Of a DNA stretch of 64,000 nucleotides, positions 1-8,332 are shown piece by piece. Made by a program: the position numbers and the translations under genes. This DNA comes from Actinomycetes bacterium (GTDB lineage: Bacteria > Actinomycetota > Acidimicrobiia > IMCC26256): positions 26,680 to 90,679 of the forward strand of contig JBJTWK010000081.1 of NCBI GenBank assembly GCA_046081705.1, read 5' to 3'. Positions within the stretch are counted from its first letter, which is position 1, and each line of letters begins with the position of its first letter. Below the pieces are notes generated by a model. It did not search any database and was not told where the DNA came from. It saw only the letters and a program-made list of their open reading frames with translations.

Positions 1-695
1 AACGGCACGTCCTCGCCGTCGAGGAGTTCCTCGGCCGCCTCCACCGTGATGGTCGGCACGGGGACGGGCCGCACCTCGACCTCGGCCACGGTGTCGGGCG
101 CGGCGGCCGAGCCGTCCGACTCGAGGAGCGCATAGTGGCCGTCGAGCCGCCAGACGACGGCGTCGGCCCCCGTGCGCTCGTCACGGAACAGGAAGAAGTC
201 GTGGTCGAGCGACTCGAGGTCGAACACCGCCTCGTCGATCGTCTGCTGCGCGACCGTGAACGACTTGTGGCGGATGATCTCCCGCTCCTCGACCGGCCGC
301 ACGAAGTGCCGGGGCCGCTCGGCCGGCACCGAGCCGTGCCGCCACTCCCCCGGGCCGTCGTCCCGATGGCGCATGACGAGCGCGCGCCGACGACTCTCGG
401 ACTCGTCGATCCGCCGCCGGAGCCGGTCGTCGAGGAGGTCGATCGCCTCGAGCATGGCGTCCCCGCCGACGTGGGCCCGGATCGCCTCGCCGTCCCGGTC
501 GATCGTCGCCTCGGCGATGAACGGTCGGTCCCGCGCCGGGTCCGGCTCGTGCGTGAGGTGGACGACGGCCCGCCGGGCCGGGGTCGCGCCGTGGCGCAGG
601 GTCTTGTCGATCTTGCGGCGGGCGTACTCGATCGCATCGGCATCGACGCGACCCTTCGTGACGACGGTGACGTCGATGTCGACGGTCGGCTCCAT
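1..695 (-). CDS. HPF/RaiA-family ribosome-associated protein with S30EA C-terminal domains (Rv0079/DATIN-like); runs off the window edge
   Basis: Not in the ORF track; my translation from ATG at 695: MEPTVDIDVTVVTKGRVDADAIEYARRKIDK...AIDLLDDRLRRRI...IIRHKSFTVAQQTIDEAVFDLESLDHDFFLFRDERTGADAVVWR. GGGGAG RBS upstream. Confidence 0.8.
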   Translation of the reverse strand, partial: MEPTVDIDVTVVTKGRVDADAIEYARRKIDKTLRHGATPARRAVVHLTHEPDPARDRPFIAEATIDRDGEAIRAHVGGDAMLEAIDLLDDRLRRRIDESESRRRALVMRHRDDGPGEWRHGSVPAERPRHFVRPVEEREIIRHKSFTVAQQTIDEAVFDLESLDHDFFLFRDERTGADAVVWRLDGHYALLESDGSAAAPDTVAEVEVRPVPVPTITVEAAEELLDGEDVP

Positions 696-797
696 GCGGT
701 CTCCCCTGTTCGACGGCGGACACTCGGACGGGCCGACCCGGCGTGGGGCCCGCGCGACCGTGCTCCGAGTGTGGACCGGTCCTCTCCCACGCGACAA

Positions 798-832
798 GGG
801 GCCGAAGTCCCCCATCGCGGGACCCGGCCGAT
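798..832. promoter_or_regulatory. DosR/DevR-type operator (798-811) with a possible secondary site (819-832)
   Basis: Minus strand reads GGGACTTCGGCCCC, matching the GGGAC-N4-GTCCC core with 1 mismatch. A second GGGAC half-site is centred 21 bp away. Lies upstream of the hibernation-factor gene. Confidence 0.55.
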
Positions 833-870
833 CCCGCACGGCGCGCCACCGACGGGCCCCGGACGCGACG

Positions 871-900
871 GGCGCCGTCACCCCGGAGGGCGACGGCGCC
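871..900 (-). terminator. Intrinsic terminator-like hairpin downstream of the SHOCT gene
   Basis: 13-bp stem GGCGCCGTCGCCC/GGGTGACGGCGCC with a 4-nt loop; its one mismatch is a G-U pair on the minus strand. Confidence 0.6.
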
Positions 901-925
901 GACGTCGACGGACGGATCCGGTGGA

Positions 926-1315
926 TCAGCCGAGGAGCTTGGCCTTCTGGGCGTCGAACTCGGCCTGGGTGATGACACCCTTGTCCTTGAGGCCGGCGAG
1001 GCGCTCGAGCTCCTCCGCCGCGCCGCCACCGGACGCCTGGCGGATGTAGTCCTTCATCGCCGCGTCCTGGGCCTTGGCCGCCTCGATGTTGTGCTGGGCC
1101 ATCTTGCCGCCGCGGGCGATGAGGTAGATCAGCACCCCGAAGAGCGGCAGGAAGATCACGAAGACGATCCAGAGCGCCTTCGCCACCCCGCCCATGTCGT
1201 GGCTGCGGAAGATGTCCATCGCCACGGAGATGAACAGCCAGATCCAGATGAAGAAGCAGGTGAACCAGAGCATCGCGAACACGACCTCACCGACCTGCCA
1301 TGCGCCGAGCGTCAT
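926..1315 (-). CDS. Membrane protein with PLDc_N-like N-terminus and SHOCT domain
   Basis: FFIWIWLFISVAMDIFRSHDMGGVAKALWIVFVIFLPLFGVLIYLIARG, then ELERLAGLKDKGVITQAEFDAQKAKLL. Confidence 0.85.
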   Translation of the reverse strand: MTLGAWQVGEVVFAMLWFTCFFIWIWLFISVAMDIFRSHDMGGVAKALWIVFVIFLPLFGVLIYLIARGGKMAQHNIEAAKAQDAAMKDYIRQASGGGAAEELERLAGLKDKGVITQAEFDAQKAKLLG

Positions 1316-1485
1316 ACGGCCTCGCCTTTCGTCAGACAACCTTCAGGAGCTCTGAGCCTGCCACGCGGAGCCCGCCGGCGTGGGGAGGGTTCGATACGTC
1401 CCGGTACGCGCACCGGGGCGTTCCGACCCGACCGCGTCGCCACCCTCGTGCCCGCGCGCTCGAGCGACGGACCGAGCCCGGACGC

Positions 1486-1522
1486 GACGAGCGGCCCCGG
1501 GTCGGGTCCGGGGCCGCTCGTC
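1486..1522 (-). terminator. Terminator-like hairpin after the glycoside hydrolase gene
   Basis: Perfect 15-bp stem GACGAGCGGCCCCGG/CCGGGGCCGCTCGTC with a 7-nt loop, 17 nt past the stop. Confidence 0.65.
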
Positions 1523-1539
1523 CGTGCCGTCGGGTCGGG

Positions 1540-2973
1540 CTACCAGGCGAGGGCGGCCTGGTTCTTCACCACTGCGCCGGCAGGCTTCAGCACGCCGTTG
1601 GCGTCGTAGAGCCCGAAGGTCATCTCCGCCGCGTTGGTGGCGGACTGGCCGTCCTTGATGGTGTGGAAGAACGCCACCTGGATCGGGGTACCTGCGGTGC
1701 GCATCTGGGAGATGCCGGTCAGGTAGTCCCGGTACATCTGCTCCTGGCTGGCGAGCGTGTACGCCGAACCGTTGTACAGGTTGGTGCCGTTGCCCGAGGG
1801 TGCCCCGAGCTCGGTGAGCCACACACCCCGGTCGTAGCCGCGGGCCTTGGCCACCGCGTACACGTCCTGCGTGGCGAGGAAGGCGTTCCAGTCCCGACGG
1901 GTCGGGTAGGCGCAGCGGAGCGGCGAGTCGCAGTTGTAGGCGTAGCCGTGGTGGGCGATGGCCGAGCCCTGCTTCATCCGACCGTCGGAGTTGGCGAGGG
2001 TCTTGTCCATGAGCTCCTGGGGCAGGCGGGGCGAGGACTCCGGGGACCAGCCCGAGTTCATCACCGGGATCGTGGTCGACTTGGCCCGGATCGCCGCCAC
2101 CGTGGCGTCGAAGTACCGGGCCTGCGAGACACCGGTGGTGTCGGGCGAACCCGTGCCGTTGTAGTTGTAGAACGGCATGTGGTTCCACTCGTTGCCGACC
2201 TCGATGGCGTCGACACCCTTGTCCACCCACGAAGCGCAGTAGGTGGCGAAGCTGGCCACGTCGGTCGTGGTGCCGCTGTAGGTGTGTCCACCCTTCTGGC
2301 AGGCCTGGAGCACCTTGAGGCCCTTGGAGTGGGCGTAGGTGATGAGGTTCTGGTCGAAGCCCCAGCCGGACTCGACCGACATGCGGATCCACTTCACACC
2401 GAGCGCCGCGGTCTTGTCGATGTACTCCGGCGTGAGCACCATCATCGACACGCCCATGTGGTCGCCCCACGTGCCCGTGGTGGTCGGCGGGGTCGTGGTC
2501 GTCGTGGTGGCGGGCGGGGCCGTGGTGGTCGTGGTGGCCGGCGGGGCCGTCGTCGTGGTGGTGACGACCGTCGAACCCGCGCTCGAGTTGGCGACCGTCA
2601 CGTTGATGGCCGGCGAGCGGTAGGAGCGGCCCTTGGCGCCGGTGGCGGTCGCCGCGATCTGGTGGGAGCCGTTGGCGACCCGGGTCGAGTCCCAGGCCAG
2701 CGACCACCCGGCGGCCGTGCGGGTCGCGTTCCCGAGGCTCACCCCGTCGACCTCGAAAGTCACGCTGGCCGGGGCCCAGGTCCCGTAGGTGCCCTCGCCC
2801 CCGTCGCTGACGAGGGTGACGGCGCCGCTCACGGTGGCGCCCATCGCGGGGCTCGTGACCTTGACGCTCGGGCCGCTGCGCGCCGCACCGGCGGAGAGGG
2901 CCGGGGCGGCGATCGCGGCGACGGTGGCGACGGCGAGGGTGGTGCGGATGATGTGCTTGCGAGCGAGGCGCAT
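1540..2973 (-). CDS. Secreted clan-A glycoside hydrolase (GH5/GH39-like) with Ig-like domain and Thr/Pro linker
   Basis: Signal peptide MRLARKHIIRTTLAVATVAAIAAPALSAGA; Ig-like domain (SVTFEVDG...SLAWDSTRVANGSHQIAATA); TTTTTAPPA repeats; acid/base IEVGNEWN and nucleophile VWLTELG. Confidence 0.8.
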   Translation of the reverse strand: MRLARKHIIRTTLAVATVAAIAAPALSAGAARSGPSVKVTSPAMGATVSGAVTLVSDGGEGTYGTWAPASVTFEVDGVSLGNATRTAAGWSLAWDSTRVANGSHQIAATATGAKGRSYRSPAINVTVANSSAGSTVVTTTTTAPPATTTTTAPPATTTTTTPPTTTGTWGDHMGVSMMVLTPEYIDKTAALGVKWIRMSVESGWGFDQNLITYAHSKGLKVLQACQKGGHTYSGTTTDVASFATYCASWVDKGVDAIEVGNEWNHMPFYNYNGTGSPDTTGVSQARYFDATVAAIRAKSTTIPVMNSGWSPESSPRLPQELMDKTLANSDGRMKQGSAIAHHGYAYNCDSPLRCAYPTRRDWNAFLATQDVYAVAKARGYDRGVWLTELGAPSGNGTNLYNGSAYTLASQEQMYRDYLTGISQMRTAGTPIQVAFFHTIKDGQSATNAAEMTFGLYDANGVLKPAGAVVKNQAALAW

Positions 2974-3101
2974 GGCGATCGCCTTCTTCCTGGTAGTCGT
3001 TGCGGACACCAGGGGTTTCGACGGATCGGCCCCACCGCCTCGAGCGTGCGGGGGCGAGTTGATGCGGCGTTGTGCGAAGGCGCGTGCGTCGACACGCGGC
3101 T

Positions 3102-3129
3102 GGGACCGACGTCCCGGGACCTAGGTCCC
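3102..3129. promoter_or_regulatory. Two abutting GGGAC-N4-GTCCC palindromes; probable transcription-factor operator
   Basis: GGGACcgacGTCCC (3102-3115) followed by GGGACctagGTCCC (3116-3129); 3115-3130 is a perfect 16-bp palindrome; intergenic, upstream of the GH gene. Confidence 0.5.
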
Positions 3130-3217
3130 GCGGTGCGCCGGATCGGGTCGGACGAGCGGGTCGGAGGGCCCAAGGCGCGATCGGCCTGGTCGGGTCCGCC
3201 GCGCGAGGTCGCGGGCG

Positions 3218-4180
3218 TCAGCGGTCGGCGGCGACCCGGAAGCCGAGGTTCCCGACGCTCGCGTCGGGGGTGTTCGCGCCGCGAGCGTCCACGCGGTACC
3301 GACGGCAGTACGACGCGTGGCACAGGTAGGAACCACCGCGCATGACGCGGCGCTCACCGACCGCCGGACCCGTCGGGTCCCGTCGATCGGCCGCGGTGTA
3401 GGCGTCGCGGTCGAACCAGTCCGCGCACCACTCCCACACGTTGCCGGTCATCTCGTGGAGTCCGAACCCGTTCGGTGGGTACGACCCGACGGGTGCGGGA
3501 CCGGTCCAGCCGTCGGCCCCGAGGTCGCGGACCGGGAAGTCGCCCTGGAAGACGTTCATCCGATGCTCGCCGTCGGGTTCGAGGTCGTCCCCCCACGGGA
3601 AGGCGCAGCCGTCGAGGCCGCCGCGGGCGGCGTACTCCCACTCGGCCTCGGTCGGCAGCCGGTAGCCGCCCCAGTCGCAGTAGGCCGCGGCGTCCGCCCA
3701 GGACACGTGGACGACCGGGGACCCGCCCCGACCCGCGAGGTCCGACTGCGGGCCGTCCGGCGTGCGCCAGGTCGCGCCGAACACCTGCCGCCACCACTCG
3801 GAGCCGACGACCCCGCGCGTGTCGGGGAACTCGTCGGGCAGGTGCCCGGCGAAGACGAACGACCACCCGAACCGTTCGGCGTCGGTGACGTGGCCGGTCG
3901 CGCCGACGAACACCGCGAACTCGTCGTTCGTGACCGTGCCGCGCCCGAGGCGGAACGGCGAGAGCTCGACCTCGTGCGCCGGACCCTCCCCGTCGGCCGG
4001 GTAGCCGTCGCCGCGGGGGTTGCCCATCCGGAACGATCCACCCTCGAGGGCGACGAGCGCGGGGCGGACCGAGGAGTCGGACGTGGACCGTGCGCCGTCG
4101 ATCCGGGCGTCCACGGGGCGCGGGGACCCGGGGGCCTCCGACCCCGCGTCACGATCGGGTCCGCAGCACGCAGTGCTCAT
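3218..4180 (-). CDS. Formylglycine-generating enzyme (FGE/SUMF1 family)
   Basis: PVVHVSWADAAAYCDW, RLPTEAEWEYAARGG, GLHEMTGNVWEWCADW, RVMRGGSYLCHASYCRRYR (both catalytic Cys), NLGFR. Confidence 0.92.
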   Translation of the reverse strand: MSTACCGPDRDAGSEAPGSPRPVDARIDGARSTSDSSVRPALVALEGGSFRMGNPRGDGYPADGEGPAHEVELSPFRLGRGTVTNDEFAVFVGATGHVTDAERFGWSFVFAGHLPDEFPDTRGVVGSEWWRQVFGATWRTPDGPQSDLAGRGGSPVVHVSWADAAAYCDWGGYRLPTEAEWEYAARGGLDGCAFPWGDDLEPDGEHRMNVFQGDFPVRDLGADGWTGPAPVGSYPPNGFGLHEMTGNVWEWCADWFDRDAYTAADRRDPTGPAVGERRVMRGGSYLCHASYCRRYRVDARGANTPDASVGNLGFRVAADR

Positions 4181-4270
4181 GGGCCGAGACTCTGCCACCC
4201 ACGGACACCGTGCGGCGCCGTCGGGGACACTAGGTTCGTCACTGTCCGGCGGACGACGAGACGAGGCGGG

Positions 4271-4825
4271 ATGCTGGTGCTGCGCAAGACGGTGACGGTG
4301 ATCGGCGTGGTGGCGATGGGCCTCGTGCCGTTGGCGTGCTCCTCGAGCGACGACGACGGCGGGTCGGGCACGACGACCACCACGCAGTGCCCGTTCTCGG
4401 GCACCACGGAGCCGACCGAGACCCCGGGGGGTGCGTCCACCGTCGTCGCCACCCTCCAGGGCGTGGTCCCGCAGGCGAGCGGGTGCATCGACACGATCCG
4501 CTTCAACTTCACCCCGGCGACCCCGAGCGCCACCGTCGAGTACGCCTCCGGGCCGTTCACGAACACCGAGGGCCAGCCGATCACCATCGAGGGCACGCCG
4601 CTCGTGGTCACGTTCACCGGCGCGACGCTCGGCGATCCGAACGACCCGCAGGCCTACACGGGGAACAACGTCATCATCCCGAAGGCGCTCAACCACGTGC
4701 TGCAGGCCACCGTGCAGACGAACACCGCCGGCGACATGGCCTGGGTCCTCGACCTCGACTCGAAGCGCCCGTACACGGTCAGTTCGAGCGCGAACCCCGC
4801 GTACTTCGTCATCTCGATCGGCTGA
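4271..4825 (+). CDS. Lipoprotein (AMIN-like secreted domain)
   Basis: Lipobox LVPLA-C, Ser/Thr linker, then CIDTIRFNF...VEY...QATVQTNTAGDMAWVLDLDSKRPYTV...YFVISI. Confidence 0.6.
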   Translation: MLVLRKTVTVIGVVAMGLVPLACSSSDDDGGSGTTTTTQCPFSGTTEPTETPGGASTVVATLQGVVPQASGCIDTIRFNFTPATPSATVEYASGPFTNTEGQPITIEGTPLVVTFTGATLGDPNDPQAYTGNNVIIPKALNHVLQATVQTNTAGDMAWVLDLDSKRPYTVSSSANPAYFVISIG

Positions 4826-4898
4826 GCACCGACCCGCGCTCCGCAGCGCCGTCGATGGTCCCGGGCGGTCCCCCGGGAGCCCGGGTAGGTTCCTCGCC

Positions 4899-5651
4899 GT
4901 GACGGGGGCGGGCGCGCCAGCGCGGTTGACGGTCGACGAGGTCCGGGTCGAGTTCGGCGGCATCGTGGCCCTCGCCAACCTCTCCTTCACGGTCGAGGCC
5001 GGACAGATCTGTGCCCTCATCGGGCCGAACGGTGCCGGCAAGACCACGCTCTTCAACTGCGTGAGCCGGCTCTACGAACCGACGGCCGGGAGGATCCGGT
5101 TCGGCGACACCGACCTCCTGGGCGAACCCGCTCACCGGATCGCGACGCACGGCATCACGCGCACGTTCCAGAACCTCGCGCTCTTCCCGGCGCTCACCGT
5201 CCTCGAGAACGTCATGCTCGGCGCGCACGCCACGCGCGAGCGGGAGCGGGCCCGGCGCGGGCAGGCGCTCGAGATGCTCGACCGCCTCGGCCTGGCCGAT
5301 CTCGCACCCCACCATGCCGCCGGACTCCCGTACGGGACCCTCAAGCGCGTCGAACTCGCGCGAGCGCTCGCGGCGCGGCCGAGGATGCTCATGCTCGACG
5401 AGCCCGCGGCCGGTCTGACCCACTCGGAGGTCGACGAGCTCGCCGAGCTCATCCGGGTGCTCCACGCCGAACTCGAGATGTCGGTGCTGCTCGTCGAGCA
5501 CCACATGCAGATGGTCATGGCCATCTCCGAGAAGATCGTCGTGCTCGACTTCGGTTCGAAGATCGCCGAGGGGACGCCGACCGACATCAGCGGCGACGCC
5601 CGGGTCATCGAGGCCTACCTCGGCCACCCCGACGATCAGGAGGGCGCGTGA
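4899..5651 (+). CDS. livG: Branched-chain amino acid ABC transporter ATP-binding protein (LivG-like)
   Basis: GPNGAGKTT Walker A, TFQN, LPYGTLKRVELARAL, LDEPAAG, VEHHM; leaderless GTG after TAGGTT. Confidence 0.9.
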   Translation: MTGAGAPARLTVDEVRVEFGGIVALANLSFTVEAGQICALIGPNGAGKTTLFNCVSRLYEPTAGRIRFGDTDLLGEPAHRIATHGITRTFQNLALFPALTVLENVMLGAHATRERERARRGQALEMLDRLGLADLAPHHAAGLPYGTLKRVELARALAARPRMLMLDEPAAGLTHSEVDELAELIRVLHAELEMSVLLVEHHMQMVMAISEKIVVLDFGSKIAEGTPTDISGDARVIEAYLGHPDDQEGA

Positions 5652-6355
5652 GCCTGCTCGAGGTGCGTGCGCTGCGCGCCCGGTACGGACCGGTCGAGGT
5701 CCTGCGCGGCATCGACTTCGTGGTCGAGGACGGTGAGGTCGTCGTCATCCTCGGGGCGAACGGGTCGGGCAAGACGACCACGTTGCGGGCCCTGAGCGGG
5801 ATGGTCGAGACCTCGGGTGAGGTCGACTTCGACGGGCGCTCCATCGCCGGGGCCCGCCCCGAGCAGGTGGCGCGCGCGGGCATCGCCCACGTCCCGCAGG
5901 GTCGGGGGACCATCACCGACCTCACGGTCGAGGAGAACCTCCGCCTCGGCGCCTACACCCGCAAGGACGAGGAGGTCGCGGCCGACATCGAGCGCTGGTA
6001 CAGCGTGTTCCCGCGCCTCGCCGAACGGCGGCAGCAGCAGGCCGGCGGCATGAGCGGCGGGGAGCAGCAGATGCTCGCCATCGCCCGAGCGATGATGGCG
6101 CGTCCCCGCCTCGTGCTCCTCGACGAGCCCTCCCTCGGCCTCGCCCCGATCATCACCCAGGGCCTGTTCCGGACCCTCGGCGAAATGAACCGCGACCTCG
6201 GCACCTCGATGCTCGTGGTCGAGCAGAACGCGACGCTCGCGTTGGCGATCGCCGACCGGGGCTACGTGCTCGAGACCGGCGAGATCGTGGTCACGGGCAC
6301 CGCCGCCGACCTCGCCGGCAACGACGACGTCCGCAAGGCGTACCTGGGCATCTGA
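5648..6355 (+). CDS. livF: Branched-chain amino acid ABC transporter ATP-binding protein (LivF-like)
   Basis: GANGSGKTT, HVPQGR, MSGGEQQMLAIARAMM, LDEPSLGLAP. Confidence 0.92.
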   Translation: MSLLEVRALRARYGPVEVLRGIDFVVEDGEVVVILGANGSGKTTTLRALSGMVETSGEVDFDGRSIAGARPEQVARAGIAHVPQGRGTITDLTVEENLRLGAYTRKDEEVAADIERWYSVFPRLAERRQQQAGGMSGGEQQMLAIARAMMARPRLVLLDEPSLGLAPIITQGLFRTLGEMNRDLGTSMLVVEQNATLALAIADRGYVLETGEIVVTGTAADLAGNDDVRKAYLGI

Positions 6356-7236
6356 TGACCGTCTTCCTGAGTCAGATCATGAACGGGATCCAGAACGGCG
6401 TGATCTACGCGTCGCTCGGGCTCGCCATCGTGCTCATCTTCCGCACCACGGGCATCCTCAACTTCGCCCAGGGCGAGATGGCGCTGTTCTCGACCTACAT
6501 CACGTGGGAACTCACCCGGCTCGGCCTGCCGGTCTGGCTGGCCATCATCGTGTCGATGACGATCGCGTTCATCGGTGGTGCGCTCATCGAGCGCATCGTC
6601 ATCCGGCCGTTCGAGTCATCCTCCCCGCTCGTGCTCGTGATCGTGACGATCGGCCTGTTCCTCACGTTCAACGCGCTCGCCCAACTCCTCTTCGGCGTCG
6701 AGGCCAAGGCGCTGCCGCGCGCCTACCCCGACCGCAACTGGCTCATCGGTGGCGTGAGCCTCCGATCCGACACGCTCGTCCTCATCGGCGTGCTCGCCGT
6801 CGAGTGCCTGCTGCTCTGGGCCCTGCTCCAGCGCACGAAGATCGGCCTCGCCCTCCGTTCCGTCGCGTCGAACGCCGAGTCCGCCCGGCTCCTCGGCGTG
6901 TCCGCCGCGACGATGCTCATGCTCGGCTGGGGTCTCGCAGCGGCACTCGGGTGCCTCGCCGGCGCGCTCGTCGTCCCGACGACCAGCGGGCTGACCGCCG
7001 GCTCGATGCAAGGCATCCTCGTGTTCGCATTCGCCGGCGTCGCACTCGGCGGGTTCGACAGCCCGATCGGCGCGGTGGTCGGCGGCCTCATCATCGGGAT
7101 CGTCGACGCGCTGACCCGCCAGTACATCCCGGCGCTCACCGGCATCGAGATCATCGTGCCGTTCGGCCTCATCCTCGTCGTGCTGCTCATCCGACCCCAG
7201 GGGCTCTTCGGGCACGTCAAGGTGGAGCGCGTCTGA
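6355..7236 (+). CDS. livH: Branched-chain amino acid ABC transporter permease (LivH-like)
   Basis: TTGILNFAQGE motif, multiple TM helices, LGGFDSPIGAVVGGL. Confidence 0.9.
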   Translation: MTVFLSQIMNGIQNGVIYASLGLAIVLIFRTTGILNFAQGEMALFSTYITWELTRLGLPVWLAIIVSMTIAFIGGALIERIVIRPFESSSPLVLVIVTIGLFLTFNALAQLLFGVEAKALPRAYPDRNWLIGGVSLRSDTLVLIGVLAVECLLLWALLQRTKIGLALRSVASNAESARLLGVSAATMLMLGWGLAAALGCLAGALVVPTTSGLTAGSMQGILVFAFAGVALGGFDSPIGAVVGGLIIGIVDALTRQYIPALTGIEIIVPFGLILVVLLIRPQGLFGHVKVERV

Positions 7237-8303
7237 TGGCCGATCGCGGGCACCGGCAGCGTCTGATCATCGGCTCGGTGATCGGGGTCGCGATCCTCGG
7301 GTACCTGCTCTGGTTCCCGCAGCAGCAGGCGCCGGCCGACGTCCGCCTCTGGACGACGGCGCTCTACTTCGGGATCGCAGCCATGGGTCTCAACCTGCTG
7401 ACCGGGTACAACGGGCAGGTCTCGATCGGCCACGGCGCGTTCTTCGGGATCGGCGCGTACACGACCGCGATCCTCGTGAGCGACCACGGGTGGTCCCTCG
7501 TCGCCACGATCCCCGTCGCCGCCGCCCTCGCCTTCGTGGTCGGGGTGGCCGTCGGCGTCCCGGCGCTGCGCGTCAAGGGCCTGTACCTCGCGCTCGTGAC
7601 GCTCGGGCTCGCCGTCGTGTTCCCGGACCTCACGAAGAAGTTCGTCCGGGGCGTCGGCGGCACGAACCTCGTCCGGGTGCCGTCGGCCTCCCTGCAGCCC
7701 CCGGCCTGGGTCCCCGGCGGCCTCGCGTCCGACCAGTGGGGCTTCTACCTCGCCCTGACCGTCTCGCTGCTGCTCCTGCTCGGCGTGTGGCTCCTCGTGC
7801 GCGGACGGTTCGGGCGCGCGCTCATCGCCGTGCGCGACCACGAGGCCGCCGCCACGACGGTCGGCGTCAACCTCGCCCGCACGAAGGTCCTGGCGTTCGC
7901 CCTGAGCGCGCTGTACGCCGGCGTGGCCGGCTCGCTCTCTGTGCAGGTGACCGGCATCGCGAACGCGGAGAAGATCGGCACCTTCAACCTGTCCATCCTG
8001 TTCCTCGTCGCCGTGGTGATCGGCGGGACCGCAACCGTCGTCGGCCCGCTCATCGGCGGCTTCCTCGTCGTGATGATCCAGGAGTGGACGACGGACTTCG
8101 TGGCCGATCCGCCCGTCCTGGCCGATTTCCTCAGCGGGAAAGAGGTGCTGTCCCCCGCTATCTTCGGCGTGCTGCTCATCGTCCTGATGTACTTCCTGCC
8201 GGACGGGATCGTCGGCGGCTTCCGGCGCCTGCTCCGCCGGTTCGTCACGCGCCGCCGCGATCCGACCGGACCCGAGCCCCTCACCGCACCCGTCCCCACC
8301 TGA
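7236..8303 (+). CDS. livM: Branched-chain amino acid ABC transporter permease (LivM-like)
   Basis: GLNLLTGYNGQVSIGHGAFFGIGAY, LRVKGLYLALVTL, GRALIAVRDHE, VVIGG. Confidence 0.9.
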   Translation: MADRGHRQRLIIGSVIGVAILGYLLWFPQQQAPADVRLWTTALYFGIAAMGLNLLTGYNGQVSIGHGAFFGIGAYTTAILVSDHGWSLVATIPVAAALAFVVGVAVGVPALRVKGLYLALVTLGLAVVFPDLTKKFVRGVGGTNLVRVPSASLQPPAWVPGGLASDQWGFYLALTVSLLLLLGVWLLVRGRFGRALIAVRDHEAAATTVGVNLARTKVLAFALSALYAGVAGSLSVQVTGIANAEKIGTFNLSILFLVAVVIGGTATVVGPLIGGFLVVMIQEWTTDFVADPPVLADFLSGKEVLSPAIFGVLLIVLMYFLPDGIVGGFRRLLRRFVTRRRDPTGPEPLTAPVPT

Positions 8304-8332
8304 TCCCTCCACCACCCACGAAAGGAAGCACC

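Noticed and set aside
696-925. raiA-motif RNA upstream of the HPF-like gene
   Set aside because: The region is explained by a terminator (871-900) and DosR-like boxes; no conserved raiA-motif helices recognised.
2974-3100. Possible riboswitch in the GH leader
   Set aside because: Only weak GC-rich hairpins; no c-di-GMP, SAM, TPP or other consensus recognised.
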